A stretch of DNA of 64,000 bases from Candidatus Poribacteria bacterium (GTDB lineage Bacteria > Poribacteria > WGA-4E > WGA-3G), in NCBI GenBank assembly GCA_965237835.1, contig OZ250160.1, forward strand, positions 128,503 through 192,502, given 5' to 3'. This document shows positions 27,570 to 36,167 of this stretch, in pieces. The translations under genes and the position numbers were made by a program. Each line of letters opens with the position of its first letter. The first letter of the stretch is position 1. The notes under the pieces were generated by a model. It made no database searches. It was not told the DNA's origin and saw nothing but the letters and a program-made list of their open reading frames with translations.

Positions 27570-28309
27570 ATACACCAAACGACTCGGAGGCTCAAAAGAG
27601 TCTAAGCGAGGTATTTGAAAAAATCCAAGAAATAGCGGCAAACTCAGCGTATGGCGACTTCATTTATCGCGGTGAGCCTGAACATTTTGAAGGAGAACCA
27701 TACTATGGAAAGGTTTCTTCAAGTCTTTGGCGTAAGTGTCGGAAAGAAATTGGATCGGAGGAATTTGAGGTAGAAGTCATCCAAGATCAGATATTGAAAA
27801 TAGCTAAAGACTATACTCACGAAGAAGACGAGTTTGAGATTTTGACAGAACTTCAACATTACGAGGGGCATACCAATCTTATAGATTTTACAACTGATTG
27901 CCACATAGCCCTGTTTTTCGCATGTGACGGTTCCCTTGGAAAACCCGGCAGGATTATCTTATTAGAAGGAACTGAAGAGATAAAAGATTATATCAAACCA
28001 CCTCGGAATCCTCAAAATCGCATCATAGCGCAAAAAAGTATATTCGTTCGGCCTCCGAAAGGCTTTATCGAACCAGAACAGTTCGCAGAAGTCAACATTC
28101 CCGAATTGCTCAAGGGACCGATGTTGGATCATCTGCAAAAACAGCACGGTATCTCAACTCAAACAGTCTACAACGATCTCCATGGGTATATTAGAAACCA
28201 GGACACCCACCTGAAGGAAGGCATAGAAGTTTACAATGACGAAATGCAGCAGGGGGAAGATGACTTTCAGCTTGAATCGTCTCAACTCAGTAAGGAAAAG
28301 GAGACATAA
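27566..28309 (+). CDS. FRG-domain protein (stand-alone)
   Basis: 247 aa with FIYRGEP, LTELQHYEGHTNLIDFTTDCHIALFFAC and NRIIAQKSIFV. Confidence 0.7.
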   Translation: MNTPNDSEAQKSLSEVFEKIQEIAANSAYGDFIYRGEPEHFEGEPYYGKVSSSLWRKCRKEIGSEEFEVEVIQDQILKIAKDYTHEEDEFEILTELQHYEGHTNLIDFTTDCHIALFFACDGSLGKPGRIILLEGTEEIKDYIKPPRNPQNRIIAQKSIFVRPPKGFIEPEQFAEVNIPELLKGPMLDHLQKQHGISTQTVYNDLHGYIRNQDTHLKEGIEVYNDEMQQGEDDFQLESSQLSKEKET

Positions 28310-28312
28310 AAC

Positions 28313-29116
28313 ATGCAGACACAACCAGAACAGACACCTTACGATATCACCATTGAACGCTTTACCAAAGCAATTGATCGGAGACCCACTTTTGCCCAAG
28401 GTTATAACTATCGAGGTCTCGCTTATGGTAATAAAGGCGAAATTGACCGTGCAATAGAAGACTTTAACACGGCAATTAGACGTAAGGAAAACTATGCCGA
28501 AGCATACAGTAATCGCGGGGCAGCTTACCGCATAAAAGGTGACTATGATCGCGCATTTGAAGATTGTAACATCGCGATAAGACTTGACCCAAATTTGCCA
28601 GAAGCATATAACAATCGAGGGATAGTTTATAAACTCAAAGGTGAGATAGAATTGGCTATTCAAAACTATGACACAGCAATAAAACTTGATCCAAGTTTTG
28701 CTTATGCCTATAATAATCGTGGTATTATTTACTATGAAAGAGAAGATTATGATCTCGCAATCATAGATTATACCAAAGCAATAGAACTGAGACCGGACCT
28801 TGTCCGTCCCTATAACAATCGTGGTAATGTTTACAGTAAAAAAGGCGAGTATGAACGTGCCATCAGAGACTATGACGCGGCGATAGAACGTAACACCGAT
28901 TTAGCAGAGCCATACTACAATCGCGGTATGGCATTTATACGCTTGCAAAAATGGGAAAAAGCCAAAGAAGATTTGACAACTGCCAAAGACAAGCAGGAAA
29001 ATATCATCATTGAACAGTTTCGCAAAGACTATGAAAACATTGCCGACTTTGAACAGAAACATAGTGTTAAACTGCCAGAAGACATCGCCGCAATGCTAAC
29101 TCCCTTGCAGGCATAG
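28313..29116 (+). CDS. TPR-repeat protein (stand-alone partner of 27566-28309)
   Basis: 267 aa with about 6 tandem TPR units (AIEDFNTAIRRKENYAEAYSNRG...). It starts 3 nt after the FRG gene. The last ~45 aa are nearly the same as the C-terminus of 26092-27327. Confidence 0.75.
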   Translation: MQTQPEQTPYDITIERFTKAIDRRPTFAQGYNYRGLAYGNKGEIDRAIEDFNTAIRRKENYAEAYSNRGAAYRIKGDYDRAFEDCNIAIRLDPNLPEAYNNRGIVYKLKGEIELAIQNYDTAIKLDPSFAYAYNNRGIIYYEREDYDLAIIDYTKAIELRPDLVRPYNNRGNVYSKKGEYERAIRDYDAAIERNTDLAEPYYNRGMAFIRLQKWEKAKEDLTTAKDKQENIIIEQFRKDYENIADFEQKHSVKLPEDIAAMLTPLQA

Positions 29117-29167
29117 CAGTAAAACAAGAAACTGTCTTCTCATCAGATTACCTGATACTATAGATTT

Positions 29168-29205
29168 TCAATCCGCGTCATCCGCAATAATCCGCGATTC
29201 AGACA
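29168..29205. repeat. Family-D repeat copy (junction 3)
   Basis: TCAATCCGCGTCATCCGCAATAATCCGCGATTCAGACA. The following AAAGAAACCGCCATTGTAGAACACAAATCCTGA is nearly identical to junction 1. Confidence 0.55.
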
Positions 29206-29226
29206 AAAGAAACCGCCATTGTAGAA

Positions 29227-29375
29227 CACAAATCCTGAGCATACAAATCCAGTGTGCCAAACGCGTACCCCCATACCAACGTTCCAACGCCCCTAAAAAT
29301 GATATTGACAAATTCACCTATAAAGTGTACAGTTTAACAAGCGAACATTCAGAATTGCAAAACGTGGTGAAGGAG
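29227..29375 (+). pseudogene. Degenerate remnant of a methyltransferase 3' end (ghost 3)
   Basis: 29293-29375 reads LKNDIDKFTYKVYSLTSEHSELQNVVKE, against LENEIDQLVYALYDLTPEEIAIVE. That is 9 of 19 positions by eye, collinear and ungapped. Confidence 0.45.
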
Positions 29376-29384
29376 GACATATCC

Positions 29385-29786
29385 ATGAATGGCACCGAAA
29401 AAGTAATAAAGCACTTGGAAATGACACAAAATGTTATTAACCGTTTGGGGCGAAACAGTTTCTTGCTAAAAAGTTGGAGCATGACAATTCTTGTTGCAGC
29501 AATGGTTTTAATCGCCAAAGAAGATTTGCAAAATTCATATTTTGTCTTAGTCCTTTTCCTTCCTATTGCAGGATTTTGGATTTTGGATGGTTACTTTCTC
29601 TGGCAGGAACGGTTGTTCCGAAAGGTCTATGATGAGATCAGAGAGCAAACCGACACCAATTTCAAGATGGATCTCGGTAAGCACAAACCGAAATGTAGTT
29701 GGATATCTGCTATTTTTTCGATCACGCTAAATATTTTTTATTTTATAGAGGTACTGTTTGTGTTCGCAATTGGTTATTTTTCTTAG
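29385..29786 (+). CDS. Small 3-TM membrane protein, hypothetical
   Basis: ATG 29385 follows GAAGGAGGA. 133 aa with three hydrophobic helices. The track ORF from 29325 is an in-frame extension through ghost 3. Confidence 0.5.
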   Translation: MNGTEKVIKHLEMTQNVINRLGRNSFLLKSWSMTILVAAMVLIAKEDLQNSYFVLVLFLPIAGFWILDGYFLWQERLFRKVYDEIREQTDTNFKMDLGKHKPKCSWISAIFSITLNIFYFIEVLFVFAIGYFS

Positions 29787-29813
29787 ATAATTTTGAATAA
29801 ATAGAGGATAAAA

Positions 29814-31172
29814 ATGCCAACAATTTTGGAGCGGTATCAAAAAACCTTTGCAAAAGACAAAGAATTGGCACAAGCAGCAAATCAACTCTTTCCTGACGGT
29901 GTAACGCATGATGGCCGTTATATGTCACCGTTCCCGATTTATATTACGCGTGCTGATGGTGCGAAAAAGTGGGGACTCGAAGACAAGACGTTTATTGACT
30001 ATTGGGCAGGACACGGCGCATTGCTACTGGGTCATAATCCACCTGATGTTGTGGAAGCAGTGACTACACAGATGCATCGCGGTACACATTACGGTGCATG
30101 CCACCCGCTTGAGTTGGAATGGGGAAATCTTGTAACCCAACTCATTCCTTCGGCGGAACGCGTCAGATTTGTCAGTTCAGGGACCGAGGCAACACTCATG
30201 GCGATTCGGCTAGCGCGCACATACACGCGCAAGAATAAGGTGTTGAAGTTTGTCGGGCATTTTCACGGTTGGCACGATAGCCTTATCATAGGGGCATATC
30301 CACCCTTTGATGCGTCTGTGCCGGGCATTCCACAAGAGGTGCGGGATACAACCCTTCTCTGTCCACCGAACGATATTGATTCTGTTGAAAAACTTTTGAA
30401 AACAGACAAAGACATTGCTTGTATTATTCTTGAACCGACAGGTGCGTCCTTCGGAATTGTCCCAACAGATGGCGTGTTTTTACAGCAGCTTCGTGAACTT
30501 ACAGATGCACATGGGGTGCTACTGATTTTCGACGAAGTCATTACAGGATTTCGAGTCGCCCCGGGTGGTGCACAAGCACACTACAACGTTACACCCGATT
30601 TGACAACACTCGCGAAGATTTTAGCGGGTGGACTCCCCGGTGGCGCGCTCGTAGGCAAAAAAGAGATTCTTGAGTTAATTTCAATGAAAGCCGAGGAAGA
30701 AGGATTGAAAATGCCACATCCCGGTACATTTAATGCCAATCCGCTCTCCGCATCTGCAGGAATAGCGACGCTAAACATTGTCAAGACCGGTAAACCGCAC
30801 GAACAGGCAAACCGCATCGCACAAAAACTCCGTGATGAACTCAATACCATAATTGATGCTTATGGATTAGACTGGGTGATTTACGGAGAATTTTCAGGTA
30901 TCAGACTCCTTATTGGGCACGGTGAGAAGGATATGCGTGCCACCGATTTTGACCCTTACGCATGGCATTACCGAAAACTCAAGGGTGGCAACGATGAGCA
31001 ATTGCTGACACATCTCCGATGTGGTTTGTTGCTCAATGGTGTTGACCTCGCAACCAACGGTGGTATGACAACCGCCGCACATACAGAAGCGGACATCACA
31101 GAAACGGTGCGTGCCTTTGAACAGACAATTGAGTGGATGAAGGCGGATGGGTTAATCCTGAAGTCAAAATAG
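29814..31172 (+). CDS. Class III (PLP) aminotransferase, glutamate-1-semialdehyde aminomutase-like
   Basis: 452 aa with SGTEATLMAIRLAR and LLIFDEVITGFR motifs. Confidence 0.8.
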   Translation: MPTILERYQKTFAKDKELAQAANQLFPDGVTHDGRYMSPFPIYITRADGAKKWGLEDKTFIDYWAGHGALLLGHNPPDVVEAVTTQMHRGTHYGACHPLELEWGNLVTQLIPSAERVRFVSSGTEATLMAIRLARTYTRKNKVLKFVGHFHGWHDSLIIGAYPPFDASVPGIPQEVRDTTLLCPPNDIDSVEKLLKTDKDIACIILEPTGASFGIVPTDGVFLQQLRELTDAHGVLLIFDEVITGFRVAPGGAQAHYNVTPDLTTLAKILAGGLPGGALVGKKEILELISMKAEEEGLKMPHPGTFNANPLSASAGIATLNIVKTGKPHEQANRIAQKLRDELNTIIDAYGLDWVIYGEFSGIRLLIGHGEKDMRATDFDPYAWHYRKLKGGNDEQLLTHLRCGLLLNGVDLATNGGMTTAAHTEADITETVRAFEQTIEWMKADGLILKSK

Positions 31173-31203
31173 GTCAAGTGAAGATGTTCCTTACGTTTTA
31201 TCT

Positions 31204-32478
31204 ATGGCAATGGATTATTATATCAGTCTATTTGGTGACGATTCAAACTCAGGTATTTCCCAAAAGCAACCGTGGCAAAGTATTGACAGCGTAAATGCTA
31301 TCCGATTACAACCTGGAGATTCCGTGTGGTTTCACGCAAATCAAACCTTCAAGGGAAATCTCACGCTTTCTGATACAGATACAGATGCCTCAGACAAACC
31401 GATAACGTTCAGTTCATACGGAGATGGTAGAGCAACGATTGATGCTAGCATCGGTCATGGTTTCTTCATCCAAAATCGTGGAGGTGTGCAGATAACTAAT
31501 CTCAACTTCGTTGGCACAGGAGCAGATCAGAATACCAGTTCAGGGATATGGTTCGTCAATACACTGCCGGAACACAAAAAACTGACGCATATACGCATTG
31601 ATAAGGTTAACGTTAGCGGTTTTAAACATGCTGGAATTTGCATCGCCGCGCAGCCAATTGATGGTGGATGGTGTGGGTTCAGCGATGTGAAAATAACACA
31701 CGCCAACGTCCATGATAACGGAGATGCAGGAATAAATTGTTTTGGCGCGTGGAATCCAGAGGACGAGGAATATGCACATGCTAACATCTATGTCGGCAAC
31801 TGCCGTGCATATAGAAACGCAGGCATTCCCGGCAAAGAAAGCCATTCGGGGAACGGTATTATCCTTGCACAAGTAGATGGTGCCACAATTGAGCATTGTG
31901 AGACTTATGAAAACGGGAGGTTGAACGATCACGAAGGCGGTGGTCCCGTTGGTATCTGGACGTGGGATTCAAATCGTGTTGTCATTCAGTTCAATGAATC
32001 ACATCACAACCGAACAGGAAGCAGTAAAGATGGTGGAGGGTTTGATTTAGATGGCGGTGTACGGAACGCAATTGTGCAGTATAATTATTCGCACGATAAC
32101 GATGGAGCAGGTTATCTGTTAGCGCAATTTGAAGGCGCAAAAGCATTTCATGGTAACGTTATCCGCTATAATCTCAGTGAGAATGATGGACGAAGAAACA
32201 GTTTTGGTGGTATTCACCTCTGGTCTACTGGTGCGAATGGCGGTATCAGAAACACAACTATCTATCAGAATACAGTCTTAACGTCCAAATCTGCCACTGG
32301 TAATCCTGCTGCAGTTGACTGTCCGAGTGATGGAATTAGCAACATCCGCTTCTACAATAATACCTTTAAAACCGATGGCGACGCAGTGCTAATTCGGGGA
32401 GAAGATAATCCAGAGGTCATTTTTGAAGGCAACGTTTGCTTGATTGATGACGAGGATTTTGATAAGGAGAAAAAATGA
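31204..32478 (+). CDS. Right-handed parallel beta-helix repeat protein
   Basis: 424 aa with repetitive N/G-rich turns (HDNGDAGIN, ENGRLNDHEGGGP, HDNDGAGY) typical of pectate-lyase-fold proteins. Confidence 0.6.
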   Translation: MAMDYYISLFGDDSNSGISQKQPWQSIDSVNAIRLQPGDSVWFHANQTFKGNLTLSDTDTDASDKPITFSSYGDGRATIDASIGHGFFIQNRGGVQITNLNFVGTGADQNTSSGIWFVNTLPEHKKLTHIRIDKVNVSGFKHAGICIAAQPIDGGWCGFSDVKITHANVHDNGDAGINCFGAWNPEDEEYAHANIYVGNCRAYRNAGIPGKESHSGNGIILAQVDGATIEHCETYENGRLNDHEGGGPVGIWTWDSNRVVIQFNESHHNRTGSSKDGGGFDLDGGVRNAIVQYNYSHDNDGAGYLLAQFEGAKAFHGNVIRYNLSENDGRRNSFGGIHLWSTGANGGIRNTTIYQNTVLTSKSATGNPAAVDCPSDGISNIRFYNNTFKTDGDAVLIRGEDNPEVIFEGNVCLIDDEDFDKEKK

Positions 32479-34079
32479 GGCGTTTTGGAACTCAAGGTCG
32501 CGTGTATCCTGACCGACACTATGTTGTACCACGCACCGAAGAAATTGCTGACTTCATCACCCGTGTCAAAGACGGTCGCTATATCGTACTCTTTGCACCG
32601 CGCCAAACCGGCAAGACCACCTTCTTCCGATTGGCACTTGATACCCTTGCCGCCGAAGATCCAACCTATTTCCCTATTCAATTGAATTTTGAGGAATATG
32701 AAGACTGTACTCTTTCGGAATTTTATGACTCCCTTAAGAAAGAAATTTGCAAAGAAATTGAACGCGTGTTCCTAAAACACGGAGAAGTCCTCTCTGATAC
32801 GCTTAACGACTTCTTAGAAACTGCAGAGATTACCAACCATCTGTCAATGAGGGAATTTTTTGAGCAACTGATGAGTTTTCTGTGCTTTCCGATGAATTGT
32901 CAGAAGATTGTCCTAATTATTGACGAGTTTGACGCTATTCCTCAGGCAGCCGTTCGTGGTTTTCTGCATTCGCTTCGTTATATCTATCTCTCTGACGCAT
33001 TGCGATGCCCACATAGTGTTGGCATCGTCGGCGTAAAAAGCATCGCCCAACTCAACTATGATCGTTCTATTTCGCCATTTAATATCCAAGATGAGTTTCG
33101 GTTGCCTAACTTTACGTTAAAACAAGTGCAGGAACTACTATCGCAATATACAGACGAAGTAGGTCAAGACTTCGCACCAGAGGTGATCGCATCTATCCAT
33201 AAGCAGACTGCAGGTCAACCTGTGCTTGTGAACCGTTTCGCGCAAATTCTGACTGAGGAGATGGATATTCCCAAAACCGAAACCATTACCCCTATACATT
33301 TTTCAACGGCACATACGCAGCTCCTTCGAGGACGAAACACTAATATCCAGCATCTAACAACTAATATCCGTAGAGACCCGCGCTTTGAAAGTATGTTGAT
33401 GAGAATCATGGCGCGTGAGGAAGGCGTGGACTTCAATCTGGATGATGAAGTCATCAGTGAACTCGCTACGTACGGTGTTATCCGAGAAGCCCCTGACGGT
33501 ATGTGTGAGATTGTTAATCCAATTTATCTCTACCGTATCATGAGGACTTTCAAACCGACAATAAATGGATTAGAAGACGATTATTTCTCTGAAGATGCCG
33601 ATACATGTTTTTTGGATTACCTCACATCTACAGGACAGATTGATATGGTCCCCATACTTGATAACTTTCGTGACTTTATCGCTCGCGTCGGTTTCCGTAT
33701 CTTGCAAGTTACAGATACACCGCAGGAGTATATTGGACAGCATCTACTATATGCCTATCTTGAGCAGTTTGTCCGCAGCGTGGGTGGGAATATTTACCTT
33801 GAAGTGCAAACGGGGCGAGGCAGAATGGATCTCCTCCTCATCCACAACCAGCGAAAATACATCGTTGAAACCAAGATTTGGGAAGGAAACAGTCGCTATG
33901 TAGCGGGAAAAAAGCAGCTTGCAGTGTATATGGAATTGGAAGGAACTGTGGAAGGCTACTATGTTGTATTTGATCATCGCCACAGTCCAGAACCGCGAGT
34001 AGAGACTGAGACAGTGGATGGTGTGACAATTCGGAGTTATGTTATTCCTGTGATGCAAGCACGGCCTTCATCAGTTTAG
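32475..34079 (+). CDS. AAA-ATPase-like protein with a C-terminal PD-(D/E)XK nuclease domain
   Basis: Walker A FAPRQTGKTT and Walker B LIIDEFD. The C-terminal GRMDLLLIHNQRKYIVETKIW gives D...E-x-K. It overlaps the upstream gene in ATGA. Confidence 0.65.
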   Translation: MRRFGTQGRVYPDRHYVVPRTEEIADFITRVKDGRYIVLFAPRQTGKTTFFRLALDTLAAEDPTYFPIQLNFEEYEDCTLSEFYDSLKKEICKEIERVFLKHGEVLSDTLNDFLETAEITNHLSMREFFEQLMSFLCFPMNCQKIVLIIDEFDAIPQAAVRGFLHSLRYIYLSDALRCPHSVGIVGVKSIAQLNYDRSISPFNIQDEFRLPNFTLKQVQELLSQYTDEVGQDFAPEVIASIHKQTAGQPVLVNRFAQILTEEMDIPKTETITPIHFSTAHTQLLRGRNTNIQHLTTNIRRDPRFESMLMRIMAREEGVDFNLDDEVISELATYGVIREAPDGMCEIVNPIYLYRIMRTFKPTINGLEDDYFSEDADTCFLDYLTSTGQIDMVPILDNFRDFIARVGFRILQVTDTPQEYIGQHLLYAYLEQFVRSVGGNIYLEVQTGRGRMDLLLIHNQRKYIVETKIWEGNSRYVAGKKQLAVYMELEGTVEGYYVVFDHRHSPEPRVETETVDGVTIRSYVIPVMQARPSSV

Positions 34080-34155
34080 ACGAAAGAGTGAGGCAACATG
34101 AAGCACTTGCAACCGTAAGAATACCGAAAACGAAATTTGAAAGGAACAACAAAAA

Positions 34156-35139
34156 ATGAAAACTATTACCTATCGTGATGCGCTGAAAGAGGCACTGATA
34201 GAGGAGATGGAGCGCGACGATGCGGTCTTTCTCATGGGGGAAGATATTGCTGAATATGGCGGTGCATACAAGGTAACGGATGGGCTTTTCAAGCAATTTG
34301 GAAAGGAGCGTATCCGAAACACGCCCATTTCTGAAGCCGCTATCATCGGCACAGCACTCGGTGCCGCTGTTACTGGCATGCGTCCTGTCGCAGAACTCAT
34401 GTATATTGACTTCACAGCAGTCGGTATGGATCAGATTGTCAATCAAGTGGCAAAAATCCGATACATGGTAGGTGGACAGTTAGATGTGCCGCTTGTCATT
34501 CGTACGCAAGGAGGTGCAGGACGTTCCTCCGCTGCACAGCACGCACAAAGCCTTGAGGCATGGTTTGTTCATATTCCTGGACTCCTTGTTGTGATGCCCG
34601 CTACTCCTTATGACGCAAAAGGATTACTAAAAACCGCTATCCGAAACGACAACCCGATAATGTTTATTGAACACAAACTGCTCTATACTGAGGAGGGTGA
34701 GATTCCCGATGAAGAGTATACGATTCCACTCGGTGAAGCGGATGTTAAACGTGAAGGTGAAGATATAACGATTTTAGCAACATCGCGTATGGTATTGAAA
34801 GCACTTGATGCTGCAGATAAACTCGCTGATGAGGGTATTTCCGCAGAAATCGTTGATCCAAGAACATTAATGCCTCTTGACAAAGAGACCATTTTTGATT
34901 CTGTTAAGAAAACCAATCGTCTGTTAATTGCGCATGAGGCAGTAGGCAGAGCTGGATTCGGTGCCGAGATAGCTGCGCTCGCTGTTCGCGAAGTGTTTGA
35001 CTATCTTGACGCACCAATTGAACGTGTAACCGCTGCTCCGGTGCCTGTCCCGTTTGCCCCGGTGATGGAAAACTTTGTTATTCCAGATACAGAACAGATT
35101 GTTGATGCTGCTCGGAAGTTAGTCAGATATGAAATTTGA
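34156..35139 (+). CDS. 2-oxoacid (pyruvate/acetoin) dehydrogenase E1 component, beta subunit
   Basis: 327 aa with the transketolase-like pyrimidine-binding and C-terminal domains (FLMGEDIAEYGGAYKVT). No alpha subunit is present in the window. Confidence 0.8.
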   Translation: MKTITYRDALKEALIEEMERDDAVFLMGEDIAEYGGAYKVTDGLFKQFGKERIRNTPISEAAIIGTALGAAVTGMRPVAELMYIDFTAVGMDQIVNQVAKIRYMVGGQLDVPLVIRTQGGAGRSSAAQHAQSLEAWFVHIPGLLVVMPATPYDAKGLLKTAIRNDNPIMFIEHKLLYTEEGEIPDEEYTIPLGEADVKREGEDITILATSRMVLKALDAADKLADEGISAEIVDPRTLMPLDKETIFDSVKKTNRLLIAHEAVGRAGFGAEIAALAVREVFDYLDAPIERVTAAPVPVPFAPVMENFVIPDTEQIVDAARKLVRYEI

Positions 35140-35196
35140 AATGTTTAATCTTAGGCAATCGCCTAAAAGTAATAGTCAAAATAAAGGAGAAATAAC

Positions 35197-36144
35197 GTGG
35201 AACTTAACCCATACTTACATCTTATCACCCCAAAACGAATTTTGTTTATAATTCTGGGTATAGCAGTCTTGGTGGGCTTAGCATCCAGTTTTTATACTGT
35301 TGAAGCAGACGAAATCGCTGTTGTCCTGATGTTCGGAAAATCTGTCCGACAAGCCGAACCCGGACTCCACTTCAAGTTACCATTTGGCATAGAAAAAGCC
35401 GAAAAGGTTCAGGTGCGAAAGGTTTTCAAAGAAGAATTCGGTTTTCGAACACTCAAACCAGGTGTCCGCACTCAATATGATACCGGAGATTTCGGTGATG
35501 AATCTCTGATGCTAACGGGAGACCTTAACATTGCCGACGTTGAATGGGCGGTTCAGTACAAGATTAATAATCCTCACAAATATCTATTTTCTATTAGGGA
35601 CCCGGAGCAAGCTTTGCGAGACCTGTCAGAATCAGTGACCAGTCGAATAATTGGAGACCGTACTGTAACCGAAGTTCTAACCGTTGGACGTATAGAAATT
35701 GCAGCGGAAGTTGAAAAACATCTGCAGGCACTTCTTGATTTGTATGAAACTGGTTTGGATGTAGCTAACGTGACTCTGCAGGATGTGAATCCGCCAGAAA
35801 AGGTGAAATCTGCCTTTAACGCGGTTAACGAGGCAAAGCAGGAAAAAGAACGTCTCATCAACGAAGCGTGGCGTGATTACAACCAATCTGTCCCAAAATC
35901 CAAAGGGTTGGCACAACAACAGATTTCAGAAGCACAAGGTTATGCCCTGAAACGTGTTAACCAAGCAAAAGGGGACGCGGATAGATTCAATTCAATACGA
36001 TCGGAGTATCAAAAAGCGAAAGAGGTGACTCGCCAACGGCTTTACCTAGAAACAATGCAGGAAGTTTTGCCTCTGGTTAAGGAAATTTATATCATTGACG
36101 ATAAAGCCACCGCCCCCATTCCGATTCTGCAGCTGAAAGAGTAA
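35197..36144 (+). CDS. hflK: FtsH protease modulator HflK (SPFH/band 7)
   Basis: 315 aa with an N-terminal TM and an SPFH domain, followed by hflC. Confidence 0.75.
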   Translation: MELNPYLHLITPKRILFIILGIAVLVGLASSFYTVEADEIAVVLMFGKSVRQAEPGLHFKLPFGIEKAEKVQVRKVFKEEFGFRTLKPGVRTQYDTGDFGDESLMLTGDLNIADVEWAVQYKINNPHKYLFSIRDPEQALRDLSESVTSRIIGDRTVTEVLTVGRIEIAAEVEKHLQALLDLYETGLDVANVTLQDVNPPEKVKSAFNAVNEAKQEKERLINEAWRDYNQSVPKSKGLAQQQISEAQGYALKRVNQAKGDADRFNSIRSEYQKAKEVTRQRLYLETMQEVLPLVKEIYIIDDKATAPIPILQLKE

Positions 36145-36167
36145 TTTACAACAAAAGGAGTTTTCCG

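Noticed and set aside
13456-29205. Family-D repeats as a CRISPR array or integron attC sites
   Set aside because: Spacing is kilobases and irregular, and the intervening DNA encodes full-size genes. I see no intI gene and no R''/R' (RYYYAAC...GTTRRRY) symmetry.
34156-35139. The lone E1-beta gene as a pseudogene or misannotation
   Set aside because: The ORF is full length with intact motifs. The absence of E1-alpha within the window is not evidence of decay.
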